A stretch of 64,000 nt of DNA from Alphaproteobacteria bacterium (GCA_965221125.1 CBDCRW010000006.1:800001-864000); one strand, 5' to 3'. Shown: positions 42,698 through 53,566, counted from the stretch's first letter. The notes: a model not told the origin generated them from the sequence alone. Translations and numbers: made by a program.

Positions 42698-43369
42698 TCA
42701 GCGGCCGCGGTCCACCATCACCTGGTCGAGGTGGGTCACGTTCGCGGCGACCGGCTCGGCGTCGTCGGGGATGGAGATGTCGTCCTCCGCATCCTGCGCC
42801 TGCCCCTCCCTGGCGCGGCGCTCCTCGTCCAGCACGCGGCGCCGCCGCAGGCGCCTGGCCTGGCGGTGGTGCTGGTAGTTGCCCACCACCCGGCGGATCG
42901 GGAAGAAGAACAGGAGCCAGACGATCACCCCGGTCGGCAGGCCGCCCACCAGCATGGGCAGGAGCACCGTCCCCGGCTGCTCGAAAATGGCGCCGAAGGT
43001 GAGCTCCGCGGGCAGCTCCTGCCCGCGCTCGTAGCCGAGGATCCAGGTTCCGATCCACATGATGCCGGCCCAGATGAAGGGGAAGGTCCACGGATTGCCG
43101 ACCGCCGTGCCGATGGCGGACGCGATGATGTTGCCGCGCATCGCCCAGGCGAGCACCGCAGCGAGGATGAAGTGGAAGCCGATGAAGGGCGTGAACGAGA
43201 CCGACGCGCCGCAGGCGAAGCCGCAGGCGATGGCATAGGGCGAGCCCTGCAGCCGCTTGAGCTTGAAGGTCCAGTATCTGAGGATCCGGCCCCAGCCCAT
43301 GCGGGGCCACACGAACCGCCTCAGCCGAGACCATCGGCTCAGCTTCTCGCGTCGGCGAAACAGGCTCAT
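42698..43369 (-). CDS. DUF2062 membrane protein
   Basis: WPRMGW.R, SPYAIA.G.ACG, GNPWTFP. Confidence 0.85.
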   Translation of the reverse strand: MSLFRRREKLSRWSRLRRFVWPRMGWGRILRYWTFKLKRLQGSPYAIACGFACGASVSFTPFIGFHFILAAVLAWAMRGNIIASAIGTAVGNPWTFPFIWAGIMWIGTWILGYERGQELPAELTFGAIFEQPGTVLLPMLVGGLPTGVIVWLLFFFPIRRVVGNYQHHRQARRLRRRRVLDEERRAREGQAQDAEDDISIPDDAEPVAANVTHLDQVMVDRGR

Positions 43370-43704
43370 GGCGAGGCGCGCGTCAGCCCGCGTTCGGCAG
43401 GAGTCTCCGCTCCGGCCGCGCGCGCGGCGCAAAGCCGCGAGTCGCCGACAAACTCATCGCATCCCCCCCAACTGTGCGCCAGTCCTTCTTGTTTTTGCTC
43501 TCCAATCCCGAGAGTTAGCCCAAGAGACGGCGGTCGCGCAAGGTTTGCGGCGCCGCTCTGCCCGGTGCGCAAGTCGACGCCGGGGGAGATTGCCGGTCGA
43601 GCACGTGTTGCATTTAGTGGGTAATACTGTATATTGAGCTTCCAGGGCGAAACACGTCAAGATTTTGAATCGGTGTGTGCCCTGCACCGGATGGAGGATC
43701 GGTC

Positions 43705-44139
43705 ATGACAGCCTGGACACCGGAGAGGATCGAAACCGTAACCCGGCTGTGGAACGAGGGGCTGACGACCGCCGAGATCGGACGTGCGGTCGGCATGTCG
43801 AAGAATGCCGTCGTCGGCAAGGCGCACAGGCTTCAGCTCCCGCCGCGTCCGTCGCCGATCAGGCGCGGGTCGAGCACGCCCAGCGTGGCGCGGGCGCCGA
43901 GCCGGTCGAACGGGCGGCACTCCGCGAAGGAGACGAATGGGGTCGTGGTTCGGGTCAAGCCGAGAGCGCCGCAGCCGCCGCTTGCCGTCGGCAACGCAGC
44001 GTGCAAGTGGCCCATCGGCCACCCGGACGAGCCCGGCTTCCATTTCTGCGGCGCGCGCGCGCTGCTCGGCAAGCCCTACTGCCCGGAGCACTACAGCAAG
44101 GCCTACGTGGCCGTCAGGCCGCGCTCCGACGCCGCCTGA
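43705..44139 (+). CDS. gcrA: GcrA family cell cycle regulator
   Basis: WTPERIE...LWNEG...SKNAVVGKAHRL; CKWPIGHP...FHFCG...PYCPEH; GGAGGA RBS. Confidence 0.92.
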   Translation: MTAWTPERIETVTRLWNEGLTTAEIGRAVGMSKNAVVGKAHRLQLPPRPSPIRRGSSTPSVARAPSRSNGRHSAKETNGVVVRVKPRAPQPPLAVGNAACKWPIGHPDEPGFHFCGARALLGKPYCPEHYSKAYVAVRPRSDAA

Positions 44140-44172
44140 TCCGCGTGCGGAAGGCGCCCGACGCCGGTGGCG

Positions 44173-44529
44173 CTAGGACGTCGCCGGCTCGTCGGAGTCG
44201 GTTGCGGCGGCGAGCCGCTCGATCTCGGCGTCCATGCGGCCCTGCCACATCAGCGCCCACATGTGAAAGTCGCCGGCCAGGCTGAACAGCGGGTAGGTGA
44301 AGGTCGCCGGCCGGTTGCGCTCGATCAGCAGGTGGCTGAGCCAGGCGAAGAAGTAGCCGCAGACCAGCGCCGCAATAAGCAGCAGCGGCTCGCCCATGAC
44401 ACCGGCGACCACGACCAGGGCAACCGCGCCTGTCGTGCCGACGAAGTGCATCCGCCGGGTCCACGCGCGGCTGTGCTCGGTGACGTAGTAGGGCCAGAAG
44501 GCCCGGTACCCACGAATTCGCTTGGTCAT
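44173..44529 (-). CDS. DUF962 (Mpo1-like) protein
   Basis: FWPYYVTEHS...RRMHFVG, AWLSH..IERNRPATF.YP. Confidence 0.88.
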   Translation of the reverse strand: MTKRIRGYRAFWPYYVTEHSRAWTRRMHFVGTTGAVALVVVAGVMGEPLLLIAALVCGYFFAWLSHLLIERNRPATFTYPLFSLAGDFHMWALMWQGRMDAEIERLAAATDSDEPATS

Positions 44530-44720
44530 TGATGCTGCTCCGACGTGACACCGGCCGCTCCGACGCGCCCCGCGAGGCCGTGGATGGCATCGGACGCGCC
44601 GGGCGTCATCCTTCTCGCCTCCAGCGCTTCGTTGCGTTTTCGGGCGATGTTTGTGATTCTACACCATAGTTCCTGGTTCTCGACCACGCGGTGGACCCCC
44701 GCGAGAGGGAGGCTGCGCCC

Positions 44721-45278
44721 ATGCCGGCAATGACGACACCCATCTGCGACTTCGGCTGGAAGGCCGTCGACTTCCGCCTGGAAGGGACCGACGGCAAGAC
44801 CTACGCGCTGGCGGACTGCGCCGGGGAGCGCGGCACGCTGGTGATGTTCCTTTGCAACCACTGCCCCTTCGTGAAGGCGATCATCGACCGGATCGTCGAC
44901 GACGTGAACGCGCTCAAGAGCCGTGGTATCGGCGCGGTCGCGATCATGCCGAACGACACCGACGCCTATCCCGCCGATTCCTTCGACAACATGAAGCGGT
45001 TCGCGGCCGAGCACGGGTTCGGCTTCCCCTACCTGATCGACCGGACCCAGGAGATCGCACGGGCCTACGACACCGTGTGCACGCCGGATTTCTATGGCTT
45101 CGACAGCGGCCTCGGCCTGCAGTACCGGGGCCGGCTCGACGCCTCGCGCATGGAGCCGGTGCCCGACGCGCGCCGCGAGCTCCTCGAAGCGATGATCCAG
45201 GTTGCCGAGAGCGGGCACGGGCCCGCGCAGCAGCAGCCCTCCATGGGGTGTTCGATCAAGTGGCGCGAGGCCGCCTGA
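44721..45278 (+). CDS. Thioredoxin/peroxiredoxin-like family protein
   Basis: MFLCNHCPFV, CTPDFY, YRGRLD, SMGCSIKW. Confidence 0.9.
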   Translation: MPAMTTPICDFGWKAVDFRLEGTDGKTYALADCAGERGTLVMFLCNHCPFVKAIIDRIVDDVNALKSRGIGAVAIMPNDTDAYPADSFDNMKRFAAEHGFGFPYLIDRTQEIARAYDTVCTPDFYGFDSGLGLQYRGRLDASRMEPVPDARRELLEAMIQVAESGHGPAQQQPSMGCSIKWREAA

Positions 45279-45335
45279 GCCCGCGTCCCGCGGCGCGCGG
45301 GACGGCACGGCAGCGGCGTTGACGGAGGCGCGAGC

Positions 45336-46067
45336 GTGGCGGATATCTTCCGAGAGGTCGACGAGGACCTTCGGCATGAACGCTATCTCAAGCTGTGGCG
45401 GCGCTGGCGCTACTGGCTGCTCGGCGTGGGCGTGGCCGCGCTCGGCGCTGCGGTCGCCTACGTGATGCTCGCCGACGCCCAGGAGAGCGCGCGCAAGGCG
45501 GAGGGCCAGCAGTTCGCGGCCGCGATGGCGGAAATCCAGGCCGGCCGCGGCGCCGAGGCGGCGGACCGGCTCGCCATGCTCGCGGCCGATGCGGAGACGG
45601 GCTACGCGGCGCTTGCCCGGCTCGGCGAGGCCGATGCGCGCGCACGGCGCGGCGACATCACCGGCGCCGTTCAGATCTACGATCTCCTGGCGGGCGACAG
45701 CAGCATCGATCCGCTCTATCGCGACCTGGGCGCCCTGCTCGCGGCGCAGCGGCTGGTCGACCGCGCGAACGTCTCGGAGGTCAACCAGCGCCTCGCCCCC
45801 CTGCTGGCGGGCCATTCGCCGTGGCGGCCGCTCGCGACGGAACTTTCCGCCATCGCGGAGATGCGCGCCGGCAACACGGAGGCGTCGCGGGCGCTATTTG
45901 CTGAGCTCGTCAGCGATCCGGCCGCGCCGCTCGGCCAGCGCCAGCGGGCGGCGGAGCTGCTGGTGAGCCTCGGCGGCGACCTGGAGTCGGCGCTCGCGGG
46001 CGGCAGCGCGTCCCCCGACTGGGAGGACGACGATGCGGCCGGCTCGTCCGGAGAGGGGGCGGAATGA
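45336..46067 (+). CDS. YfgM-like TPR membrane-anchored protein
   Basis: DIFREVDEDLR start, single TM segment, helical repeats; conserved position before bamB-der. Confidence 0.85.
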   Translation: MADIFREVDEDLRHERYLKLWRRWRYWLLGVGVAALGAAVAYVMLADAQESARKAEGQQFAAAMAEIQAGRGAEAADRLAMLAADAETGYAALARLGEADARARRGDITGAVQIYDLLAGDSSIDPLYRDLGALLAAQRLVDRANVSEVNQRLAPLLAGHSPWRPLATELSAIAEMRAGNTEASRALFAELVSDPAAPLGQRQRAAELLVSLGGDLESALAGGSASPDWEDDDAAGSSGEGAE

Positions 46068-47419
46068 GGCGCATGGTGCCGAGGGGGATCGCGCGGGGCT
46101 CCGCCCTGCTTGGCCTTTGTCTCGTCGTCGGCCTCGGCGGCTGCGAAACGGTCTCGGACATCTTCGGTGATTCGGACGAAGAGCGGCTCTCCGGCCAGCG
46201 GCTCTCGGTGATCTCCCTCGAGCGCCAGCTCGAGCCGGATCCCGGCAGCGACCTGCTGACGGTGCGCCTGCCGCCGCCCTACGTGAACGAGGACTGGCCC
46301 CAGCCGGGCGGCTATCCCCACCATGCCATGCACCACCTCGCCGCGGACGACGTCCTGTCGGTGGCCTGGCGGGTCCGCATCGGCCAAGGCGCCGGCGCGG
46401 AGGAGCCCGTCCTGTCCCCGCCCGTGGTCGCCGGCGGGCGTATCTACACCATGGATTCGAGGAGCCTGGTCTCGGCCTTCGACGCGTCCACCGGCGCTCG
46501 GTTGTGGACCGCCGACACGCTGCCCGAAGAGGATGACGAGGGCGCCTTCGGCGGCGGCCTCGCCGTGGCGGGCGGGTGGCTGTTCGCGACCACGGGGCTC
46601 GGCCACGTGCTCGCACTGGACGCCGAGAGCGGAGCCCTGCAGTGGCGCCAGCCGCTCGGCGTGCCCGTTCGTGCGGCGCCTTCTGTCTCCGGCGGCCGGG
46701 TCTTCGCCATCAGTCACGACAACCGGCTCTGGGCCCTGGATGCCGGGAGCGGCGCCGTGCAGTGGAGCCATGCGGCGATCGAGGAGAGCGCCGGCTTCCT
46801 CGGCGGGGCGAGCCCGGCCGTGGATGGCGGCATCGTCGTCGCCCCCTTCTCGTCTGGCGAGCTGACGGCCCATCGGGTCGAGAACGGACGCGCCGTCTGG
46901 TCCGACATCCTCGGCGTCCAGGGTGCGCGCATCGGCGCCATCGCCACCTTCAACGATCAGGACGGGCATCCTGTCTCCGACCGCGGCACCGTCTTCGCCA
47001 TCGGCCACGGCGGGCGCATGGTCGCCATCGATGCGCGAAGCGGGCGCCGGGTGTGGGAGCGCGACATCGCCGGTCTCGACATGCCCTGGGTCGCCGGCGA
47101 CTTCGTCTTCGTGATGACCGCGGATGGCGAGCTCGTCTGCATGAGCCGGGAGCGCGGCGCCATTCTCTGGGTCCGGTCGCTGCCGCGCTTCGAGGATCCG
47201 GAGGAGCGCGAGGACCCGATATTCTGGACCGGCCCGACCCTGGTCGGCGACCGGCTGATCGCCGCGGGCTCGGACGGCAGCGTGCTCTCGATCTCGCCCT
47301 ACGACGGCCGCTACCTGGGGGCGTACAACGCGGGTGGGGCGGTCCGCCTGATGCCCGTGGTCGCCGATCGGACGCTCTACATCCTGACCGACGACGCGGA
47401 TCTGATCGCGCTCCGCTAA
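46064..47419 (+). CDS. bamB: BamB-like PQQ-repeat beta-propeller lipoprotein
   Basis: Lipobox LGGC; repeated ALDA.SG...W motifs; synteny with der. Confidence 0.8.
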   Translation: MRRMVPRGIARGSALLGLCLVVGLGGCETVSDIFGDSDEERLSGQRLSVISLERQLEPDPGSDLLTVRLPPPYVNEDWPQPGGYPHHAMHHLAADDVLSVAWRVRIGQGAGAEEPVLSPPVVAGGRIYTMDSRSLVSAFDASTGARLWTADTLPEEDDEGAFGGGLAVAGGWLFATTGLGHVLALDAESGALQWRQPLGVPVRAAPSVSGGRVFAISHDNRLWALDAGSGAVQWSHAAIEESAGFLGGASPAVDGGIVVAPFSSGELTAHRVENGRAVWSDILGVQGARIGAIATFNDQDGHPVSDRGTVFAIGHGGRMVAIDARSGRRVWERDIAGLDMPWVAGDFVFVMTADGELVCMSRERGAILWVRSLPRFEDPEEREDPIFWTGPTLVGDRLIAAGSDGSVLSISPYDGRYLGAYNAGGAVRLMPVVADRTLYILTDDADLIALR

Positions 47420-47428
47420 CCCCCGCCC

Positions 47429-48769
47429 GTGGCCTTCACCGTCGCCATCGTGGGCCGCCCCAACGTCGGCAAGTCGACGCTGTTCAATCGTCTGGTCGGC
47501 CGGCGCGCGGCGCTCGTCGCACCCACGCCCGGAGTCACGCGGGACCGCCGCGAGGGCTGGGCCAGGATCGGCCCCCTCCGCTTCCGCGCCATCGACACCG
47601 CCGGGCTTGAGGAAGCCGCGCCGGAGACGCTTGCCGGCCGCATGATGGCGCAGACGGAGCGGGCCCTGGAGGAGGCTGACGCCGCGCTTCTTCTGATCGA
47701 TGGCCGGGCGGGGGTGACGCCGGCCGACGCGTTCTTCGCGAACCAGCTCCGGCGGCTGCACGTGCCCATCGTTCTCGCGGTCAACAAGTGCGAAGGCGAC
47801 GCCGGCGAGGGCGGGATCGCCGAGAGCCACGCCCTCGGGCTGGGGCAGCCCATCCCGATCTCGGCGGAGCACGGCGAGGGCCTCGCGGACCTCTACGATG
47901 CGCTGAGCCCCTTCGATTCCGAGGCGGCAGAGGGTGCCGCCGCAGCGCCCGGCGCAGACGACGTGGTCCGGCTCGCCATCGTCGGCCGCCCCAACGTCGG
48001 CAAGTCCACCCTGCTCAACCGGCTGGTGGGCGAGGCGCGCGTGATCACCGGCGCGGAGCCGGGCCTCACGCGGGATTCCATCGCGGTGCGCTGGTCTTAC
48101 GAGGGCCAGGCGGTCGAGCTGGTGGATACGGCGGGGCTGCGGCGGCGGGCCAGGACCGTGGCGACGCTCGACCGGCTCTCGTCGCGGGATGCCGAGCGCG
48201 CCCTCGGCCAGGCGGCGGTGGTGCTCGTCGTCTTCGACGCGACCGATCCCGCCAGCCGCCAGGACATGACGATCGCCGCCCGCGTGGCCGAGGAAGGCCG
48301 GGCGCTGGTCATCCTGCTCAACAAGTGGGACCTGGTGCGGGACCGCGCCGCCGCCCGCGCCGCCGTGGAAGATCGGCTGGAGGCGGCACTCGCCCAGGTG
48401 AAGGGGGTCCCGCTGGTGACGTGCTCGGCGCTCACCGGCGCCGGTGCCGAGAAAATCATGCCGGCGGTGCTTGCCGCCTTCAGCACCTGGAACCGCCGCA
48501 TCCCGACAGCAGCGCTCAACCGCTGGTTGGAGGGCGCGGCCCGGCATCACCCGCCGCCGCTCGTGGCCGGGCGCCGGCTCAAGCTCCGCTACATCACCCA
48601 GGTCAAGGCGCGCCCGCCCACCTTCGCCCTCTTCGCCAGCAAGCCGCAGGCCTTGCCCGAGAGCTATCGCCGCTATCTGGTGAACGGGATCGGCGCCGAG
48701 TTCGGCCTCGCCGGCGTGCCGATCCGCCTGCTGCTGCGCGCGGGCAAGAACCCCTACGCACCAGGGTAG
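47429..48769 (+). CDS. der: Ribosome biogenesis GTPase Der
   Basis: Two GRPNVGKST/DTAG/NKxD domains; KH-like tail ending NPY. Confidence 0.97.
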   Translation: MAFTVAIVGRPNVGKSTLFNRLVGRRAALVAPTPGVTRDRREGWARIGPLRFRAIDTAGLEEAAPETLAGRMMAQTERALEEADAALLLIDGRAGVTPADAFFANQLRRLHVPIVLAVNKCEGDAGEGGIAESHALGLGQPIPISAEHGEGLADLYDALSPFDSEAAEGAAAAPGADDVVRLAIVGRPNVGKSTLLNRLVGEARVITGAEPGLTRDSIAVRWSYEGQAVELVDTAGLRRRARTVATLDRLSSRDAERALGQAAVVLVVFDATDPASRQDMTIAARVAEEGRALVILLNKWDLVRDRAAARAAVEDRLEAALAQVKGVPLVTCSALTGAGAEKIMPAVLAAFSTWNRRIPTAALNRWLEGAARHHPPPLVAGRRLKLRYITQVKARPPTFALFASKPQALPESYRRYLVNGIGAEFGLAGVPIRLLLRAGKNPYAPG

Positions 48770-48926
48770 GGTGGAACCCTCACCCAGGTCGCGCTATGCG
48801 CTGCCATACGAACGAGAGAGCGGATAGGCATATCGGGCGAGGCAGGGCCGGCGGAAAACATGAAATTACAAAACGAAGCCAATTTCACGTAACGCATTGT
48901 TTCACAATAGCTCTTACCCGCCGCGC

Positions 48927-50459
48927 TCAGCCATCCGCCTCCAGCTCCTCGCGCAGCGCGCGCTTCAGTACCTTGCCGTAGTTGTTCTTGGGCAGGCCGG
49001 CGACGATGCGGTAGTCGCGCGGGCGCTTGAAGCGGGCGATGCTCTCCAGGCAGAGCCGGTCGAGCCGCTCGCCGGTGACGCTGTGGCCGTCGTGGGGCAC
49101 GACGAAGGCGACCACCTCCTCGCCCCATTCGGGGTGCGCACGCCCGACGACCGCCGCTTCCCGCACCGCCGCATCGCGCAGCAGGACCTCCTCGATCTCG
49201 CGCGGATAGATGTTGGTGCCGCCTGAGATGATCATGTCCTTGGCGCGGTCGAGCAGGGTAAGGAATCCGTCCTCGTCGAAGCGGCCGACGTCGCCGGTGT
49301 GCAGCCAGCCGCCCTTGAGCGCGCTCGCGGTGGCTTCCGGGTTCTCCCAGTAGCCGGGCATCACCACGTCGCCGCGCGCGACGATCTCGCCGCTCTCGCC
49401 CGCCGGCAGAGGCCGGTCGTCTTCGTCAACGACCCGCACCTCGACGTCGGTGCGCGCGACTCCGGCCGAGCCCAGGCGTTCGCGGAAGCGGGGCTGCGCG
49501 CTGTCGGCGTGATAGGCGCGGGACAGCGCGGTGATGGTCATCGGCGCCTCGCCCTGGCCGTAGATCTGGGCGAGCTTGGGGCCGAAGGCGGAAAGCGCGC
49601 GCTCCACGTCGGCGACGTACATCGGCCCGCCGCCATAGACGATGAGGTCGAGGTTCGTCGTGTCGGCGTTGGCGAGCTGCGGGCTGTCCAGCAGCCGCAC
49701 CACCATGGTGGGCGCCGCGAACATGCTGAGACCCGGGTGGCGCTCGATCAGGCTCAGCACCTCCGCCGGCTCGAAGCCGCCGCTCTCGGGGATCACGTTG
49801 TTGGCGCCCTTGGCGATGAACGGCAGCGCGTAGAGGCCGGAGCCGTGCGAGAGCGGGGCGGCGTGGAGCACGCTGTCGGCCGGTGCGACGCGGTTGATAT
49901 CCGCGAAATAGCTCAGCGTCATCACCAGCAGGTTGCGGTGCGTGATCGTGGCACCCTTGGGCCGGCCGGTGGTGCCGCTGGTGTAGAAGAGCCACGCAGG
50001 CGCGCCGGCGTCGACCGGGGCGGGGCCTGCCGCGTCGTGGCCGAGCATCGCACGCCACGCCGCGCTGCCCGCGACGAGCGGCGGCGCGAGCCCCGGTACG
50101 TCGGCGCGGACGCTCTCGATTCCCTCCGCGTGGCCCTCGTCGGCGATGCAGAGCGTGGCTCCCGAATTGCCCAGGATGTATTCGATCTCGCGCGGGTGCA
50201 GCTTGGCGTTGACGGGGACCGCGACGAGGCCCGCGTACCAGATGCCGAAGAGCGCCTCCAGATAGTCCGGCCGGTTCGCCATGACGATGGCCACCCGGTC
50301 GCCGGGTGCGAGCCCATGGCGGGCCAGGAGGGCGCCTGCGATCGCGCCGGCCCGCCGGTGCAGCTCGCCATAGCGCGCCGCGACGCGTTCGCCGAGCGAT
50401 ACCGCCGGCCGCTCCGGCAGGGTGTGTGCCGTCTTCGCCAGCAGGGCTGCGATGTTCAT
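48927..50459 (-). CDS. AMP-binding acyl-CoA ligase
   Basis: [31 protein letters not shown]. Confidence 0.92.
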   Translation of the reverse strand: MNIAALLAKTAHTLPERPAVSLGERVAARYGELHRRAGAIAGALLARHGLAPGDRVAIVMANRPDYLEALFGIWYAGLVAVPVNAKLHPREIEYILGNSGATLCIADEGHAEGIESVRADVPGLAPPLVAGSAAWRAMLGHDAAGPAPVDAGAPAWLFYTSGTTGRPKGATITHRNLLVMTLSYFADINRVAPADSVLHAAPLSHGSGLYALPFIAKGANNVIPESGGFEPAEVLSLIERHPGLSMFAAPTMVVRLLDSPQLANADTTNLDLIVYGGGPMYVADVERALSAFGPKLAQIYGQGEAPMTITALSRAYHADSAQPRFRERLGSAGVARTDVEVRVVDEDDRPLPAGESGEIVARGDVVMPGYWENPEATASALKGGWLHTGDVGRFDEDGFLTLLDRAKDMIISGGTNIYPREIEEVLLRDAAVREAAVVGRAHPEWGEEVVAFVVPHDGHSVTGERLDRLCLESIARFKRPRDYRIVAGLPKNNYGKVLKRALREELEADG

Positions 50460-50631
50460 GCCTGCGCCTCGTTTAGCCGCAATCCTTCCGTCGGCCATCC
50501 TATACCGGCAGCGTCAACGCTATGCCACCGGCGACCGGCCGTTTGAGGGTCGCGGCACAAACGCTTTGTCCGCCGTAGCGGTCGCGGTTATTCTCTCGGC
50601 CAAGCGTGAGCAACGGGTCGGGGGAGTCCGC

Positions 50632-51105
50632 GTGGCCCAGGCGCAAGTCGGCATGACCGTGAACGGCGAGCAGGTGGCGCGCGAGGTCTCCACCCGCACT
50701 CTGCTCGTCGAGTTTCTGCGCTACGACCTCGGCCTCACCGGCACCCATGTCGGCTGCGACACCAGCCAGTGCGGGGCGTGCAACGTGCACGTCGACGGCC
50801 AGTGCGTGAAGGCCTGCACGATGCTCGCGGTCCAGGCGGACGGCGCGGAGGTGCTGACCATCGAGGGCGTGGCCGACGGCGACACGCTCCATCCCATGCA
50901 GGCGGCGTTCAAGGAGCACCATGCGCTGCAGTGCGGCTTCTGCACGCCCGGCATGGTGATGTGCGCGCTCGACCTGGTGAAACGGAACGGCAAGCCGAGC
51001 GAGGCGGAAATTCGCTCCTATCTGGAGGGCAATTTCTGCCGCTGCACCGGCTACCACAATATCGTGAAGGCCATCGCTGCGGGCGCCGAAGCGATGGCAG
51101 GCTAG
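50632..51105 (+). CDS. CoxS/CutS-like 2x[2Fe-2S] subunit of the xanthine oxidase family
   Basis: [27 protein letters not shown]; GTG start after GGGGAG. Confidence 0.92.
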   Translation: MAQAQVGMTVNGEQVAREVSTRTLLVEFLRYDLGLTGTHVGCDTSQCGACNVHVDGQCVKACTMLAVQADGAEVLTIEGVADGDTLHPMQAAFKEHHALQCGFCTPGMVMCALDLVKRNGKPSEAEIRSYLEGNFCRCTGYHNIVKAIAAGAEAMAG

Positions 51106-51229
51106 GCGGTTGGTGAATGAGTCGTATGACCGCCTGTCATACCAAGGCGCAGATTGCCCGATGCAAGGCGGGCGACAAGTGGTGTAGAGTCGTTGTGAGC
51201 GCCGGACTGGCGTGAAGGGGGTTACGAAC

Positions 51230-51709
51230 GTGCAGAAATCTCTCCATATCGACCCGGACAAATGTACCGGCTGCCTGCAGTGCGAGCTGGCGTGCTCTCA
51301 TGTGAACGAAGGGGTGTTCAACCCCGCCAAGTCTCGCATCAAGGTGTTCAACTTCCACGACCAGGGGCGGATGGTCCCCTATACCTGCACCCAGTGCGAC
51401 GAGGCGTGGTGCATGCAGGCCTGCCCGGTCGATGCGATCACCCTCGACGCCGAGACCGGGGCCAAGGTGGTCTCCGATTCGCTCTGCGTGGGCTGCAAGG
51501 TCTGTACCATCGCCTGCCCCTTCGGGACCGTTAACTACAACGCGTCCACCGGCAAGGTGATCAAGTGCGACCTCTGCGGCGGCGACCCGGAGTGCGCCAA
51601 GGCCTGCCCGACGGCGGCGATCACCTATGTGGACGCGAACTGGACCGGCCTCGACAGGATGCGCCAGTGGGCGGCCAAGACCGACGCCGGCGCGCAGGCC
51701 GAGGCCTAG
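51230..51709 (+). CDS. 4x[4Fe-4S] polyferredoxin subunit (AorA-like)
   Basis: CTGCLQCELAC, CTQC...C...CP, CVGCKVCTIACP, CDLC...C...CP. Confidence 0.9.
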   Translation: MQKSLHIDPDKCTGCLQCELACSHVNEGVFNPAKSRIKVFNFHDQGRMVPYTCTQCDEAWCMQACPVDAITLDAETGAKVVSDSLCVGCKVCTIACPFGTVNYNASTGKVIKCDLCGGDPECAKACPTAAITYVDANWTGLDRMRQWAAKTDAGAQAEA

Positions 51710-51721
51710 GGAGGGCTTGTC

Positions 51722-53566
51722 ATGGCGTGGGCAAGGAACATTCTCCGGGTGAACCTCACCGAGGGCACCTGCAAGAACGAGCCGTTGAACATGGACTGGG
51801 CCCAGAAGTACCTGGGCCAGCGTGGGCTCGCCACCAAGTACCTGGTGGAGGAGACCGACCCCAGGGTCGATCCCCTCTCGCCCGACAACAAGATGATCAT
51901 GACCACCGGCCCGCTGACCGGCACCTGCGCGTCGACGGCCGGGCGCTATTCGGTCGTGACCAAGGGGGCGCTCACCGGGGCCATCGCGTGCTCGAACTCC
52001 GGCGGCTTCTTCGGCAACGAGATGAAGAACGCCGGCTACGACATGATCATCTTCGAGGGCAAGGCGCCGAATCCCGTCTACCTCCTGCTGGAGAACGACA
52101 ACGCCCAGTTGATCGACGCCGGCGACTACTGGGGCAAGTCGGTCTGGGACACTGAGGAGGGGATCAAGGCCAAGCATCAGGATCCGCTGATCCGCGTGGC
52201 TTCCATCGGTGTCGCCGGCGAGAAGGGCGTCAAGTACGCCTGCGTGGTCAACGACATGCACCGGGCCGCCGGGCGCTCCGGCGTCGGCACCGTGATGGGG
52301 TCGAAGAACCTCAAGGCGGTCGCGATCCGCGGGACCCTCGGCGTGGACGTCGAGGACGTCGGCGCCTTCATGCAGGCGACGTCCGAGGGCAAGCAGACTC
52401 TCGCGGACAACCCCGTCACCGGCCAGGGCCTGCCGGCCTACGGCACCCAGGTGCTGATGAACGTCATCAACGAGGTCGGCGCGCTGCCCACCCATAACCA
52501 TCGGGACGTGCAGTTCGACGGCGCCAAGAACATCTCGGCCGAGGCGATGGCCGAGCCCCGCGCCGACGGCAAGCCCAACCTGGTGACCAACGCGGCCTGC
52601 TTCGGCTGCACCATCGCCTGCGGGCGCATTTCCACGGTCGAGCGCACCCACTACACGGTGGCCGAGCGGCCGCAGTACCAGATCGCCTCCGGCGGCCTCG
52701 AGTACGAGGCGGCGTGGGCGCTGGGCGCGGCCACCGGCGTCGACGATCTCGACGCGCTCACCTTCGCCAACTTCATCTGCAACGAGCAGGGGCTCGACCC
52801 GATCTCCTTCGGCGCCACCGTGGGTGCGGCGATGGAGCTCTATGAGGAAGGCGCCATCGGCGACGACGAGACCGGCGGCATCGAGTGCAAGTTCGGCTCT
52901 GCCAAGGCGCTGACCGAGCTCGCCGAGCTTACCGGCAAGGGCGAGGGCTTCGGCGCCGACATCGGCCTCGGCTCCAAGCGGCTCTGCGAGAAGTACGGCA
53001 AGCCCGAGCTTTCGATGTCGGTCAAGGGCCAGGAGTTCCCGGCCTACGATTCACGCGGCATCCAGGGCATGGGTCTCGCCTACGCCACGGCAAACCGGGG
53101 CGCCTGCCACCTGCGGGCCTACACCGTCTCGTCCGAGATCCTGGGCGTGCCGGAGAAGACCGACCCGCACGTGACCGAGGGCAAGGCCGGCCTGGTGAAG
53201 GCCTTCCAGGACGCGACCTCCGCGGTCGATTCCTCCGGGCTCTGCGTGTTCACCACCTTCGCCTGGTCGCTCGACGACATCGCGCCGCAGATCGACGCGG
53301 CGTGCGAGGGCGAGTGGACCGCCGAGCGGCTGCTGGAGGTCGGCGAGCGCGTCTGGAACCTGGAGCGGCAGTACAACAATGCGGCCGGCTTCACGGGCAA
53401 GGACGACACCCTGCCCGCGCGCCTGCTGAAGGACGCGGCGAAGACCGGACCGGCCGAGGGGCTCACCAACGGCCTCGACCAGATGCTGCCGGAATACTAC
53501 GAGGTGCGCGGCTGGACCGACGAGGGCGTGCCCAGCAACGAGACCTTGGAGCGGCTCGCGCTCTAG
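51722..53566 (+). CDS. aor: Tungsten aldehyde oxidoreductase catalytic subunit (AorB-like)
   Basis: ILRVNLT, GPLTG, NSGG, AAGRSGVGTVMGSKNLKA, CFGCTIAC, EYE, GLDPIS, RGACHL, DSSGLC, YYEVRGW. Confidence 0.93.
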   Translation: MAWARNILRVNLTEGTCKNEPLNMDWAQKYLGQRGLATKYLVEETDPRVDPLSPDNKMIMTTGPLTGTCASTAGRYSVVTKGALTGAIACSNSGGFFGNEMKNAGYDMIIFEGKAPNPVYLLLENDNAQLIDAGDYWGKSVWDTEEGIKAKHQDPLIRVASIGVAGEKGVKYACVVNDMHRAAGRSGVGTVMGSKNLKAVAIRGTLGVDVEDVGAFMQATSEGKQTLADNPVTGQGLPAYGTQVLMNVINEVGALPTHNHRDVQFDGAKNISAEAMAEPRADGKPNLVTNAACFGCTIACGRISTVERTHYTVAERPQYQIASGGLEYEAAWALGAATGVDDLDALTFANFICNEQGLDPISFGATVGAAMELYEEGAIGDDETGGIECKFGSAKALTELAELTGKGEGFGADIGLGSKRLCEKYGKPELSMSVKGQEFPAYDSRGIQGMGLAYATANRGACHLRAYTVSSEILGVPEKTDPHVTEGKAGLVKAFQDATSAVDSSGLCVFTTFAWSLDDIAPQIDAACEGEWTAERLLEVGERVWNLERQYNNAAGFTGKDDTLPARLLKDAAKTGPAEGLTNGLDQMLPEYYEVRGWTDEGVPSNETLERLAL

